Shown: positions 1-10,245, counted from the stretch's first letter. The stretch: 64,000 nt of DNA from an uncultured bacterium (GCA_949291455.1 CASEVQ010000002.1:5763-69762); one strand, 5' to 3'. Made by a program: numbers and translations. Notes: a model not told the origin generated them from the sequence alone.

Positions 1-2499
1 TTCAATGTACTTCCTAAAAGTGTAAAAAGTATTGCAGTATTAGACAGAACTAAAGAACCAGGATCAAAAGAACCTTTATATTTAGATGTATCCGATATTG
101 TTAAAGAAAGTAATAGGAAAATTAAAGTAATTGGTGGACGCTATGGACTATCAAGTAAAAATACAACTCCAGATCATATAAACAGTGTTTTTGAATTTTT
201 AGATATAAAAGATAACTTTAATGGGTTTACAATTGGTATTGATGACGATGTAACAAATTTAAGCTTAAAGCCAGTAAAATTAGATTATAAAAATCCAAAT
301 TATGAGATATTAATATATGGATTTGGTTCTGATGGTATGGTAAGCGTATCAAAAGATATTTTAAAAATAATTGGTAATAATACAAAAGCTTTTACTCAAG
401 GATATTTTGAATATGATTCTAAAAAGTCTGGAGGAGTAACAAAATGCCATATTAGATTAGGTAATAATAAAATAAGATCAACTTATTATGTTGAAAATCC
501 AACGATAGTAGTATGTACCAAAGATACTTATTTAAAAAAATTTAATATGTTAGATAATATAGTAGAAAATGGAATTTTTATTTTAAACACATCTAAGACA
601 AAAGAACAAATATTAGAATACATGGATAATAATGAAAAAGAGATATTGAAAAAAAGACATATAAGATTTTATATAATTAATGCTAATAAAATAGCAATAG
701 AAGAAGGTTTAAATAATAAAATAAATACTATAATGGCTACTATAATATTTAAAATTGGTAAACTTATTGATTTTAATTTTGCAATAAATGAAATAAAAAA
801 ATCTTTAGAAACATTACTTACTAATAAAGGAAAAGAAATTATTGAAAAAAATATAAAAGCAATTGATCGAGCATTAGAAACATTAGAAAACGTTGAAATA
901 GAAAATATAACGATTAAGAATGAGAGAATAATTAAGAATAATAAAAGTGTTTTTGAATTAATCAATGAAAGAAAAGGTAATTCTATACCAGTAAGCAAAT
1001 TAGAACCATATGTTGATGGAACTTTTGAAGGAGGATATTCAAAAAACGAAAAGAAAGACATTACAGAATTTCTTCCTTGTTATAATAAAGAAAATTGTAT
1101 AATGTGCAATCAATGTGCTTTGGTATGTCCGCATGGAGTTATAAGACCATTTTTAGTGGATGATAAAGAAGAAAAAAAAGCTCCGGAATCATTGAAAAAA
1201 GATTTAAAAGATTCATTAATTAAAGACAAAAATTTAAAATTTGTTATTGGTGTAAATATGGATAATTGTACAGGATGTGGTTTATGTAGTAATGTTTGCC
1301 CTGGAAAAAATAACGAAAAAGCATTAATAATGAAACCGACAATGGAAGTAAAAAATGAAGAGAATATTGAAAAAAACAATTATCTTTTTGAAAAAATAAA
1401 AGAAAAGAAAGTAATGAGTTTAAATACCATAAAGGGAAGTCAATTTGCTTATCCAAAGTTTGAATTTTCTGGTGCCTGTGCTGGATGTGGAGAAACTCCA
1501 TATTTAAAATTGTTAACTCAATTATTTGGTAGTGAATTAGTTATTGCTAATGCAACTGGATGTTCATCTATTTATGGTGGAAGTATACCTAGTACTTCAT
1601 ATAGTGTTCCATGGGCTAATTCCCTATTCGAAGACAATGCAGAATTTGGCTTTGGAATGGCTTTGGCCGATAAAGTTCATAAAGAGAGAATAAAAAATGC
1701 AATATATAATAATTTAAAGAAAATACCAAATGAATACAAAGAAATATTTGCTTCATATTATAAAAAATGTGATTATGAATCAAGTTGTCTACTATATGAA
1801 GTAATAGAAAAAACTAAGATAAAAGAATTAATTGAATTGAAACCATTTATAAAAACAAAATCTTTTTGGATAGTTGGTGGAGATGGTTGGGCTTACGATA
1901 TTGGATATAATGGTTTGGATCATGTTTTATCGACAAAAGAAAATGTTAACATTTTAGTATTAGATACTGAAGTATATTCTAATACAGGTGGACAGTCATC
2001 AAAATCAAGTAAAATCGGTAGTGTTGCAAAATTTGCTTCTACTGGCAAAACTGTAGCTAAAAAAGATCTTGCCAAAATTGCACTAGCATATCCCCATGTT
2101 TATGTTGCAACAGTATCTTTAGGAGCAAATATGATGCAAACAATCAAAGCATTTACGGAAGCTAAAAATTATAATGGACCTTCTCTAATAATTGCTTATT
2201 CACCTTGTATTGCTCAAGGAATAAAACTTGGAATGACTAATAGTATTCAAGAAGAAAAGAAAGCTACAGAGTCAGGATATTTTCCAATATTTAGATATAG
2301 CCCAGAAACAAAAGAGTTTTCTTTAGATAGTAAAGTTGACTTTTCTAAATATAGTGAATTCTTAGATGGAGAAACAAGATATTCTTCTTTAGCAAAAGTA
2401 AATCCTGATAAAAAAGATGATTTATATGAGCAAAATCAGAAAAATGCTGAAGAAAGATACAAATATTATGAAAGTTTAACTAATAAGAATAATAATTAA
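1..2499 (+). CDS. nifJ: pyruvate:ferredoxin (flavodoxin) oxidoreductase, 5'-truncated by the window edge
   Basis: Frame open from base 1 (FNVLPKSVKSIAVLDRTKEPG...). YDSKKSGG motif, two CxxCxxCxxxCP ferredoxin motifs, FEFSGACAGCGETPY, and TPP-binding GGDGWAYDIG...DTEVYSNTGGQ. Confidence 0.97.
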   Translation, partial: FNVLPKSVKSIAVLDRTKEPGSKEPLYLDVSDIVKESNRKIKVIGGRYGLSSKNTTPDHINSVFEFLDIKDNFNGFTIGIDDDVTNLSLKPVKLDYKNPNYEILIYGFGSDGMVSVSKDILKIIGNNTKAFTQGYFEYDSKKSGGVTKCHIRLGNNKIRSTYYVENPTIVVCTKDTYLKKFNMLDNIVENGIFILNTSKTKEQILEYMDNNEKEILKKRHIRFYIINANKIAIEEGLNNKINTIMATIIFKIGKLIDFNFAINEIKKSLETLLTNKGKEIIEKNIKAIDRALETLENVEIENITIKNERIIKNNKSVFELINERKGNSIPVSKLEPYVDGTFEGGYSKNEKKDITEFLPCYNKENCIMCNQCALVCPHGVIRPFLVDDKEEKKAPESLKKDLKDSLIKDKNLKFVIGVNMDNCTGCGLCSNVCPGKNNEKALIMKPTMEVKNEENIEKNNYLFEKIKEKKVMSLNTIKGSQFAYPKFEFSGACAGCGETPYLKLLTQLFGSELVIANATGCSSIYGGSIPSTSYSVPWANSLFEDNAEFGFGMALADKVHKERIKNAIYNNLKKIPNEYKEIFASYYKKCDYESSCLLYEVIEKTKIKELIELKPFIKTKSFWIVGGDGWAYDIGYNGLDHVLSTKENVNILVLDTEVYSNTGGQSSKSSKIGSVAKFASTGKTVAKKDLAKIALAYPHVYVATVSLGANMMQTIKAFTEAKNYNGPSLIIAYSPCIAQGIKLGMTNSIQEEKKATESGYFPIFRYSPETKEFSLDSKVDFSKYSEFLDGETRYSSLAKVNPDKKDDLYEQNQKNAEERYKYYESLTNKNNN

Positions 2500-2510
2500 A
2501 GATAAAAATA

Positions 2511-2555
2511 AAAAGACCATTATTATTAAAATAAAAATAATAATAGTCTTTTTTT
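2511..2555 (+). terminator. intrinsic terminator of PFOR
   Basis: AAAAGACCATTATTATT / AATAATAATAGTCTTTT inverted repeat followed by a T-run. Confidence 0.75.
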
Positions 2556-2556
2556 C

Positions 2557-2661
2557 AAAAAAAAGAAGTACCTCCCCCTGAAGAAGGTACTTCACAAAAG
2601 AATAAAAAGGGGTTGGCTAGTGTGATACTAGCGACCAATTCGCCATTTTTCGAATTGGTGA
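2557..2661 (-). ncRNA. putative small structured RNA (sRNA-A)
   Basis: Minus-strand TTGACA(2695-2690)-N17-TATTAT promoter. Hairpins ACCAATTCG/CGAATTGGT and GCTAGT/ACTAGC, unpaired CAACCCCT, terminator GAAGTACCT/AGGTACTTC plus U-run. No ORF. Confidence 0.65.
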
Positions 2662-2895
2662 TTTCTATAATAATCGAAAGGAAAAGATTTGTCAAGAAGA
2701 ATATAATTAAATTTATATTATTTTAAAGTTAGTAAATTAAAATAGTAAATTCTCGATTAGTTGATTTAAGAGAATTTAATTTTATAATAAATATCCGTTG
2801 AATTATCTTTTTAATTCAACGGATTTTAAAGCTAACTTGTTTTTGCTTTTTAATTTTTAACTTTTATGATATAATACACAAGAGGAAGTGGTAGT

Positions 2896-4890
2896 ATGGA
2901 TAAGTTATCTAAAGTAAAAGGAATTGGTCCTAAAACAGAGCCTTTATTAAATAAAATAGGTATATTTACAATAGATGATTTAGTTACACATTATCCTTTT
3001 CGATATGATGTTTTAAAAAGAACAGATTTAAAAACTGTTACTGATTTAGAACAAAAAGTAGTAGTAGATGGAAAAGTAGAAAGTATTCCTTTAGTAATTA
3101 GATTTAAAGGTGGAACTAATAAATTAAATTTTCGTTTATCGACTGTAAATGGTATTGTTGGAGTATCAATTTTTGGAAGAGCATTTTTAAAACAAAGTTT
3201 ACCAATAGGAGAAAAAGTAATTGTTATTGGGAAATATGATCCAAATAAAAATATTGTAAATGCTTCAGATATAAAGTTTGGTAATTTAACAAATCAAGAG
3301 AGAATTGAATCTGTATATCATACTACAAGTGGTCTTACTCAAAAAGTTATTTCTAGTGCTATAAATAATGCTTTAGTTAGTTATGGAAATGAAATTGTAG
3401 ATAGTATACCTAAACACTTAATTGAAAAATATAATTTTTTAAATAAAAAGACAGCATTAAATATTGTCCATAATCCTCCTAATTACGATAAACTTAAAGA
3501 AGCTAGTATAAGACTTAAATATGAAGAATTATTTGAATTTATGTTTAAAATAAATTATTTACGTGCAGAAAATAATAAAGATAATATTGGTATTAAAAGA
3601 CACACAGAAAAGAAAATAGATACATTTATAAAAAAATTACCTTTTGAATTAACAGAAGATCAATCAAAGGCTTTAGAAGAAATTATAAATGATTTAAATA
3701 GTGAAAGAAGAATGAATCGTCTTTTACAAGGTGATGTTGGTAGTGGAAAAACAATCGTTGCTATTTTAGCAATGTATTATAATTTTCTTTGTGGTTATCA
3801 AAGTGCTTTGATGGCACCAACGGAAATATTAGCAACTCAGCATTATAATAATATTAAAGAGTTACTTGGAAAAGAAAAAATAAATATTGAATTATTAACT
3901 GGGTCAATTACAAAGAAAGAAAAACAAAGTATATATAATGAATTAAAAGAAGGAAAAGTAAATATAATTATTGGGACACATGCACTTATTCAAGAAGATG
4001 TAGAATATAATAATTTAGGACTAGTAGTGACTGATGAACAGCATAGATTTGGAGTTAATCAACGCTCTAATTTGAAAAATAAAGGTATAAAACCAGATGT
4101 TTTGTATATGAGTGCAACACCAATTCCTAGAACTTATGCTTTAACTATTTATGGTGATATGGATGTATCAATAATAAAACAAATGCCTAAAGGAAGAATA
4201 CCAGTTAAGACTAAAGTATTTACTACTAAAGAAATGAATGATGTTTACAATTTAATGAAAGAAGAATTAAAAGAAAGTCATCAAGTATATGTTATAGCGC
4301 CTTTAATAGAAGAAAATGATGATTTGGATTTAACTAATATATATACTTTACGTGATAAAATAAATTTGATTTTTGGTAATAAGTATAAAATTGACATTGT
4401 ACATGGTAAAATGAAAGCTAAAGAAAAAGAATTAATAATGGAAGAATTTAAACAAAATATTGTAAATATTTTGATAAGTACGACAGTAATAGAAGTAGGA
4501 GTAGATGTTCCTAATGCTACTATGATGGTTATTTTTGATGCTAATAGGTTTGGACTTTCTACTTTACATCAATTAAGAGGAAGAGTGGGAAGAAATTCTT
4601 TAGAATCTAAATGTTTATTAATAAGTGATTCTGATACTAAGAGATTAGAAATAATGGAAAATACAACTGATGGTTTTGTTATTAGCGAAGAAGATTTTAA
4701 ATTACGAGGATCAGGCGATTTATTTGGAACAAAACAAAGTGGGGATATGACTTTTAAAATGGCTAATTTAAAAAATGATTATAAGATATTAGTACAAGCA
4801 AAAATAGATTCTGATGACTATTTAAAAAATGAATGTTATGATAAAGAAGAATTAAAAAAGAGACTTATTGCTACAATAAAAATAGATTAA
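2896..4890 (+). CDS. recG: ATP-dependent DNA helicase RecG
   Basis: MNRLLQGDVGSGKT, DEQHRFG, MSATPIPRT, GLSTLHQLRGRVGR and LRGSGDLFGTKQSG motifs. Confidence 0.98.
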   Translation: MDKLSKVKGIGPKTEPLLNKIGIFTIDDLVTHYPFRYDVLKRTDLKTVTDLEQKVVVDGKVESIPLVIRFKGGTNKLNFRLSTVNGIVGVSIFGRAFLKQSLPIGEKVIVIGKYDPNKNIVNASDIKFGNLTNQERIESVYHTTSGLTQKVISSAINNALVSYGNEIVDSIPKHLIEKYNFLNKKTALNIVHNPPNYDKLKEASIRLKYEELFEFMFKINYLRAENNKDNIGIKRHTEKKIDTFIKKLPFELTEDQSKALEEIINDLNSERRMNRLLQGDVGSGKTIVAILAMYYNFLCGYQSALMAPTEILATQHYNNIKELLGKEKINIELLTGSITKKEKQSIYNELKEGKVNIIIGTHALIQEDVEYNNLGLVVTDEQHRFGVNQRSNLKNKGIKPDVLYMSATPIPRTYALTIYGDMDVSIIKQMPKGRIPVKTKVFTTKEMNDVYNLMKEELKESHQVYVIAPLIEENDDLDLTNIYTLRDKINLIFGNKYKIDIVHGKMKAKEKELIMEEFKQNIVNILISTTVIEVGVDVPNATMMVIFDANRFGLSTLHQLRGRVGRNSLESKCLLISDSDTKRLEIMENTTDGFVISEEDFKLRGSGDLFGTKQSGDMTFKMANLKNDYKILVQAKIDSDDYLKNECYDKEELKKRLIATIKID

Positions 4891-4914
4891 TTTGAAAAAT
4901 AAAAATAAATTCAA

Positions 4915-4943
4915 TTGACAATTTTTAAATAACATATTATGAT
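4915..4943 (+). promoter_or_regulatory. sigma-A promoter of sRNA-B
   Basis: TTGACA(4915-4920)-N17-TATGAT(4938-4943). Confidence 0.75.
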
Positions 4944-4949
4944 TAATAT

Positions 4950-5048
4950 GCATGATGGTAAAACATTGTGCACACTCTTACCGTCATATAATGTAAGAGT
5001 GTATTCAACCAAACCCCCTGAAGGAGCCGAAAGGCTCCGCTTTTGTTT
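4950..5048 (+). ncRNA. putative small structured RNA (sRNA-B), integration target
   Basis: Hairpins GCATGATG/CATTGTGC and ACACTCTTAC/GTAAGAGTGT, C-rich linker CAACCAAACCCCCT, terminator GGAGCC-GAAA-GGCTCC plus T-run. Strong promoter upstream, no ORF. Confidence 0.7.
5014..5024 (+). repeat. att core (left junction), CCCCCTGAAGG
   Basis: Identical to 13710-13720; lies next to the integrase 3' end. Confidence 0.8.
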
Positions 5049-5078
5049 ATTTTATAAGGATTTTAAGCCTTTAAAAAT

Positions 5079-5105
5079 ATTTTAGGTGCTATTTAGGTGC
5101 TAAAA
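5079..5105 (+). repeat. putative integrase arm-type sites (left)
   Basis: ATTTTAGGTGCTATTTAGGTGCTAAAA, a perfect copy of 13571-13597, containing a tandem TTTAGGTGCTA. Confidence 0.8.
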
Positions 5106-5153
5106 TACATAAAAAAATAATGGTAAGCGATTAAACTTACCATTATTTTACGT

Positions 5154-6365
5154 TTATAGACATATTTCTATATCATTTTTTTCATTAGTTATATTATCAT
5201 TATCAATAGTATTTTTTTCTTTTTCTCTTTCTCTTTCAGCTAGTAAAATACTATTGTTTCTATTTATGAGCTTAACTATATCTTCAAGTTTATTTTGATA
5301 CATATGAGAGTAGGTATTTAGTGTTTCATCAATTTTAGTATGACCTAAATATTTTGCCACTAGAGTAATACTAGCACCATAATTTATTAAGAAAGAAGCA
5401 CAGGAGTGTCTAAAGTCGTGTATTCTTATTTGCTTTACCTGTGCTAATTTACAATTTCTATTTTTTCTACTTCTAATAGAGTCTTTTGTAAGAGGTAAGT
5501 CATTACCAAAAACAAACCACTCTTGAGAAAAGTTTTTAAACTCTTTTTTATAATCGTATAACTTTTTTAAATCAGCTAGTAGTAAATCATTGATAGGTAA
5601 GTCACGATTACTATTTTGTGTTTTTAATGGACTTAATTTGTAGTTATCCATACTATAAATCGATGGTATTTGTTTATATATTCTCATTATCTTATTTTTA
5701 AAATCTATATCTTTCCATTGTAAGCCTCTTAATTCTCCTTTGCGAAGTCCCATATAATAAAGAGTTTCGAATAGAGATTTAAACATTATATCATCTTCAA
5801 CTGATATAAATTGATTAAACTCATCAATAGTAAAAAATAGCATTTCTTTTTTCAATTCATTAGGATTAGTAAAGTTAGTCATTTTATTATATACTGGAGT
5901 AAAATTAAAATCATACCATTTACTACCATAATTTAATATTGCTTTTATAAACTTAAATAAATCATTTTTATAAGAAGTAGCTAGAGGTAATTTATTAATT
6001 TCTTTCTTCCATAATTCAAAATGATTAATATTAAAATCCTTTAATTTTATATTATCGAAATACTGTAAATACTTAACTCTATCTCTATAAGTTTTTATTG
6101 TACTTTCTCTAACTTTATCACTTTGATAATTGTAAAAAGATAAATATAAATCTTTAAAAGTCATATCTTTATGATTTATATTCTGATCGAGCGATAAGAG
6201 GAACTGCCTTTCAGCTTCTTGTGCCTCTTTCTTCGTCATATATTTTCTTGAACGATATTTTTTATTTAGTCCATCTAATCCTTTATAATAAACTTGAAAA
6301 ATCCATTTTCTACCATCTTTAGTTTGTTCTTTAGGCTTTACTTGTAATACAGCTATAATAATCAC
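5154..6365 (-). CDS. tyrosine recombinase/integrase
   Basis: GLRKGE, LKT, HDFRH, LGH and TYSH catalytic residues; N-terminal arm-binding domain. Start codon uncertain. Confidence 0.95.
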   Translation of the reverse strand: MIIIAVLQVKPKEQTKDGRKWIFQVYYKGLDGLNKKYRSRKYMTKKEAQEAERQFLLSLDQNINHKDMTFKDLYLSFYNYQSDKVRESTIKTYRDRVKYLQYFDNIKLKDFNINHFELWKKEINKLPLATSYKNDLFKFIKAILNYGSKWYDFNFTPVYNKMTNFTNPNELKKEMLFFTIDEFNQFISVEDDIMFKSLFETLYYMGLRKGELRGLQWKDIDFKNKIMRIYKQIPSIYSMDNYKLSPLKTQNSNRDLPINDLLLADLKKLYDYKKEFKNFSQEWFVFGNDLPLTKDSIRSRKNRNCKLAQVKQIRIHDFRHSCASFLINYGASITLVAKYLGHTKIDETLNTYSHMYQNKLEDIVKLINRNNSILLAEREREKEKNTIDNDNITNEKNDIEICL

Positions 6366-6398
6366 GTCCTTTCTTTAAATCTTTTTATTTTAATATTT

Positions 6399-7838
6399 CT
6401 ATAAACCAATTTCATAATCATCTTTGTCTTTATCTTTAGCTTTTCTATTGTCATAATCATAGTAATCATAATTAATAGCATCAGCTAGATTTTCATAATC
6501 TTCAACATAATCTTTAGGCTCTCTATCTAGTAGCTTATCAATAGCCTTACACATTTTTTTAAATAGTTTTTTCCATTTGTTAACTTCAACTTCAAGTTTT
6601 TCTTTTAAATTATCAATACTATTATTTAAAATATTAACAATACCTTTTAATTTATTAATCTCTTTACTTTGTTCTTTAATAGTAGCCTTTTGCTCAGTAA
6701 TAATTTTATCTCGTTTAATAATTTCTTCATTGTTTTTAAAACTGGTATTTTCTTTAGATAATTTCATTATAGTTAAATCTTTGTTTTTAATTTCACTTTG
6801 CTGAAAGATATTAACTTGCTCTAAACCTTTAGAATATTCTACGATTTTTTGAACGTCATTAGAGTTATAACCAACAATAGTTTTTTTAGGATTTAATATA
6901 TCTTTATTAACGGCTTTATTGGACTCTATAAGGGCATTTTTAGAGTTTTCTATCACTTTTAAGGTATTTTCCTTTTCTTGATTTAAAAGCTCTAATTCAG
7001 CCTTATTTTCCTCTATTTGGAACTCTAATTTAGTCTTGTGTTCTACATTAGCTCCAATATTACCTCTATCTAAATTAAAACCTCGTTCTGTAATAAACTT
7101 ATGAAAAGAGTTTTGTAATTTAGCATAAGAGTTTTGAGCTCCTCGTTGTTTCCAAAACTGGTCGTTATTTAAAAAGTTACCTTTAACTTTCTCATAAACG
7201 ATTTTACCTTTTTCATCTCTTAATATTTTAGGAACTAGTGTAGTATTACCATTTTTATTTTTAACTTCTTCTTTAATGACGTTTCCATTTTTATCTTTGA
7301 CGTAACATTTTCTTTTTACTTCATTTACAACTGGTAGAAAATATGCTTGTAGGTGAGGAGTATCTTCATCATAATGTATTTGAGCTAATATAATATTTTC
7401 TTCTCCAACATAATCTTTAAGAAACTCCATACAAGAGTCAAAGAAATAACTAACAGTTTGTGGTATATCTTCTTTAGATTTTATATAAGGAATTTTTACA
7501 CTTTGTCCTTTTTTATTTCCTGTTTTATAAGTTCTACCACTATCTATAAACTTCATACCTAGAGCTTCAAAAAACTCTGTTCCACTTGTAAAGGTAATTC
7601 CATTTAATAGGTTAGTGGAAGCTTTATTTAGATATTCTATATTTCTTTTCTTTAAGGTTTGTTTTACTTCTTGATACAGGTTTCTTTCGCTCATAGATAT
7701 ATATTCTACATTGAACTTTCGTCTTTCAATATCATAATTACCTGTACCTTTTCTATCTTTCATTTCAATACCAATGTTATATAAATCTTTTTGTTTGAAC
7801 TTTGTTTCTACTCGTACTACTTGTTTTCCATCATACAA
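6399..7838 (-). CDS. Mob/Pre (MOBV-family) relaxase
   Basis: AQIHYDEDTPHLQ motif, LQNSFHKFITERGFNLDRG, C-terminal coiled coil; RBS AGAAAGGAGG. Confidence 0.85.
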   Translation of the reverse strand: MYDGKQVVRVETKFKQKDLYNIGIEMKDRKGTGNYDIERRKFNVEYISMSERNLYQEVKQTLKKRNIEYLNKASTNLLNGITFTSGTEFFEALGMKFIDSGRTYKTGNKKGQSVKIPYIKSKEDIPQTVSYFFDSCMEFLKDYVGEENIILAQIHYDEDTPHLQAYFLPVVNEVKRKCYVKDKNGNVIKEEVKNKNGNTTLVPKILRDEKGKIVYEKVKGNFLNNDQFWKQRGAQNSYAKLQNSFHKFITERGFNLDRGNIGANVEHKTKLEFQIEENKAELELLNQEKENTLKVIENSKNALIESNKAVNKDILNPKKTIVGYNSNDVQKIVEYSKGLEQVNIFQQSEIKNKDLTIMKLSKENTSFKNNEEIIKRDKIITEQKATIKEQSKEINKLKGIVNILNNSIDNLKEKLEVEVNKWKKLFKKMCKAIDKLLDREPKDYVEDYENLADAINYDYYDYDNRKAKDKDKDDYEIGL

Positions 7839-7879
7839 TAAATGTTCCTCCTTTCTCTTAAAAGGTCATTTACGACCTA

Positions 7880-7980
7880 TCTCACTAGGGCATAGCCCAC
7901 TCGTGAGTTTAGGGAGTTCCCTAAAAACCCCTGTCTCGTTCTTCGCAGAATACCTAAACTTATGTAAAGGTATTCGCTAC
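7880..7980. other. candidate oriT / hairpin cluster upstream of mob
   Basis: GC-rich inverted repeats GGGC/GCCC within CTCAC/GTGAG, TTTAGGGA/TCCCTAAA and GAATACCT/AGGTATTC, immediately upstream of the relaxase. Confidence 0.45.
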
Positions 7981-8163
7981 AAACAAGATTAAAGAATAAC
8001 TATCTACAAGATACTTATTCTTTAAATAATTTTTTAAAGTAACTTTAAAAAATGTAAAAATATTCACTATCGCTACTTTCATTGAAACTCACGTTTCAGC
8101 AAAACGTACCTCGTTCATTTTTTACTAACTTTTTAGAAAAAAGCTACAAAAACTTTATGAAAA

Positions 8164-9117
8164 CTATTCGTTTTCATAAGTAGGTTCTTTATATATTGCA
8201 GTATATGTTCTTTCATTAGAAGTTCTTTTTTGCTCTATATAAAGTCCTTCTTTTTCTAAATTATCAATATTATTATTTAATAATTTACCAAATACAGATG
8301 GGGTAATAGGTAAGTTCAACTTACTTGTTATGTCCGAAGCAGTAAAGGTAAATTCTTTTTGTTTTATTGCATAATTTAGAAAGGTTAATATATTGTAATT
8401 TAAGTCCTCACTTTCAACTTCTGATAACTCAAATATTAGATTATCATTTCTTTTTAGAACTAGATCTAATCCCTCATAATCTCTACTTTCATAAGTGAAT
8501 ATAATTTTATTTTTAATATTAATATCTTGCTTTAAGGTTATCTTCCCATCAACAGAGCCATCAATAGCAGTGCTACCAAGAGAAGTATTGTTTTTATTTA
8601 AGTGATGAATAAGCAAGATAGTAAAATTATATTTTTTACAAATCTCTCTAAACTTTGGAATTACATATTGTCCCATATCTTGATAATTATTTAAGTCATA
8701 GCCATTATTCATATCAATACCACTAAACATATCAATGATTACAAATCTACCATTGTAGTCAGTAGCAAAGGTTTGAAAATCTAATTGTAAGTCCATAAGG
8801 TTTAGTTTTCTTTCGTTAGGACTTTGTTCTATTAAAGCAAAATTACTATCATCAAATTGTAGTTGCATTTTATCAATTCGACTCATAATTTGCGTGTAAT
8901 CCATTTCTGTGCTAATATATAAGACAGGAGATGGAGTAGTTCTAAATCCTAGAAATGGTTGTCCTGTTGCAATAGAGTTGGCAAGTTGTAGTGCTAATAG
9001 AGACTTACCAACTTTAGGTCTTGCAACAAGACAATATAATCCTTTGGACTTCATTAAGTTATCAACGATGAAGTCTTTTTTTGTGAAACTTTTTCTCATC
9101 TCACTTATAGTTTTCAT
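8164..9117 (-). CDS. AAA_25 / RepA-like replicative helicase-type ATPase
   Basis: Walker A ARPKVGKS, VLYISTE, VIID, LLIHHLNK, LGSTAI; C-terminal wHTH-like region. Confidence 0.8.
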   Translation of the reverse strand: MKTISEMRKSFTKKDFIVDNLMKSKGLYCLVARPKVGKSLLALQLANSIATGQPFLGFRTTPSPVLYISTEMDYTQIMSRIDKMQLQFDDSNFALIEQSPNERKLNLMDLQLDFQTFATDYNGRFVIIDMFSGIDMNNGYDLNNYQDMGQYVIPKFREICKKYNFTILLIHHLNKNNTSLGSTAIDGSVDGKITLKQDINIKNKIIFTYESRDYEGLDLVLKRNDNLIFELSEVESEDLNYNILTFLNYAIKQKEFTFTASDITSKLNLPITPSVFGKLLNNNIDNLEKEGLYIEQKRTSNERTYTAIYKEPTYENE

Positions 9118-9132
9118 TTCTTACACCTCTCA

Positions 9133-9372
9133 TCAGTTAACAACCTCTTTTGCCATCTTTTGAAGATATGCAATATTGATTTTTAAATAACTTACAACTT
9201 CGTTCATTGGAAGTAGTTTACTAGGTAATTGATAACCTTTATTTTCTAGTGAGGTTTTAATCTCTTTTTTTAATTTAATAGCATTATTTTTACCTAGCCC
9301 TGTAAGCTTTCTTAAATCTTCTAAATCACACCATTGTTTTGATATTAAAGTTAATGTTTCTTTTGCAGTCAT
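9133..9372 (-). CDS. excisionase-like small DNA-binding protein
   Basis: 79 aa, basic and HTH-like; first gene of the xis-rep-mob-int operon; homolog at 44409-44681. Confidence 0.55.
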   Translation of the reverse strand: MTAKETLTLISKQWCDLEDLRKLTGLGKNNAIKLKKEIKTSLENKGYQLPSKLLPMNEVVSYLKINIAYLQKMAKEVVN

Positions 9373-9575
9373 TAATTCGCCTCTCTTTCTGTTTTTATAG
9401 TGATGGTTTTAGTGTTACCAACAACTCCCTTTTAGGATGTATATATAGTTATTAGCCATATATCTAAGGAGGATTTTAGATTATCCACAACTCCCGTACC
9501 AATAGGGTTAAGCCTTGTACTTATTTAACGAGTCGGCATATCGGCGATTTCCAACTCTATGTAATTGCCAAAGAG

Positions 9576-9660
9576 CAATTAATAAGTTGTAAAATGTTTT
9601 AAAATGCAACTTATAAGTTGAATATACACTATAAAAACATTGTTGTCAACCTAAAAGTTG
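9576..9660. promoter_or_regulatory. divergent promoter region with three CAAY-N6-GTTG operators
   Basis: CAATTAATAAGTTG (9576), CAACTTATAAGTTG (9607) and CAACCTAAAAGTTG (9647) overlap or follow a minus-strand TTGACA(9649-9644)-N17-TATATT promoter. Confidence 0.6.
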
Positions 9661-9741
9661 CAAAACAATCTATTTTTAAACAAAAAGGTTGAAATAATGT
9701 TTAAAATATGTTATATTTATACACAAGAAAGGAGTTTTACT

Positions 9742-10245
9742 ATGCAGGAAACAGTAGGACAAATGATAGCAAGAGCGAGAGAAGAAAAAGGTTTGTCTAA
9801 AAGAGAACTATCAAGGATGGCTAATATTAGTGATACAGAACTTGCTAGAATTGAGTCTGGAGAAAGAGAAATTCCTAACCCTAAAACTTTAAGAAAAATC
9901 AGTAAATATATAGGAGTTAATTATAATGATTTAATGTATGCAGCAGGACTTGGTTTTCAAGTTAGTCCTTTAAATCCATTTTTAAAAAAATATTACTCTA
10001 ATTTAAAAGGAGAAGAATTAGAAGAAGCATTAGTTAATACATTAGGTAGTATTGAAAACTGGGAAGCTTTAGTAAAGTCTTTAAAAAGTAGATTAGAAGA
10101 TAATACTTTGATGGACGAAGAAAAAGAAATGATACAACAAACAATAGAAGATACAGAATATCAAATTAATTCGGCTAATGAAATTGTTAAATTATTACAT
10201 AGTGCAAAAACAAAGGAGAGGATCGATAATGAAAGAAAAGATTAA
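9742..10245 (+). CDS. XRE-family transcriptional repressor
   Basis: AREEKGLSKRELSRMANISDTELARIESGER HTH; RBS GAAAGGAG before ATG 9742; divergent from the mobility operon. Confidence 0.88.
   Translation: MQETVGQMIARAREEKGLSKRELSRMANISDTELARIESGEREIPNPKTLRKISKYIGVNYNDLMYAAGLGFQVSPLNPFLKKYYSNLKGEELEEALVNTLGSIENWEALVKSLKSRLEDNTLMDEEKEMIQQTIEDTEYQINSANEIVKLLHSAKTKERIDNERKD

Noticed and set aside
4950-5048. tRNA, tmRNA or SRP RNA at the integration site
   Set aside because: No cloverleaf, T-loop GTTCGA, CCA end or SRP GGAA-loop motif; kept as an unknown sRNA.
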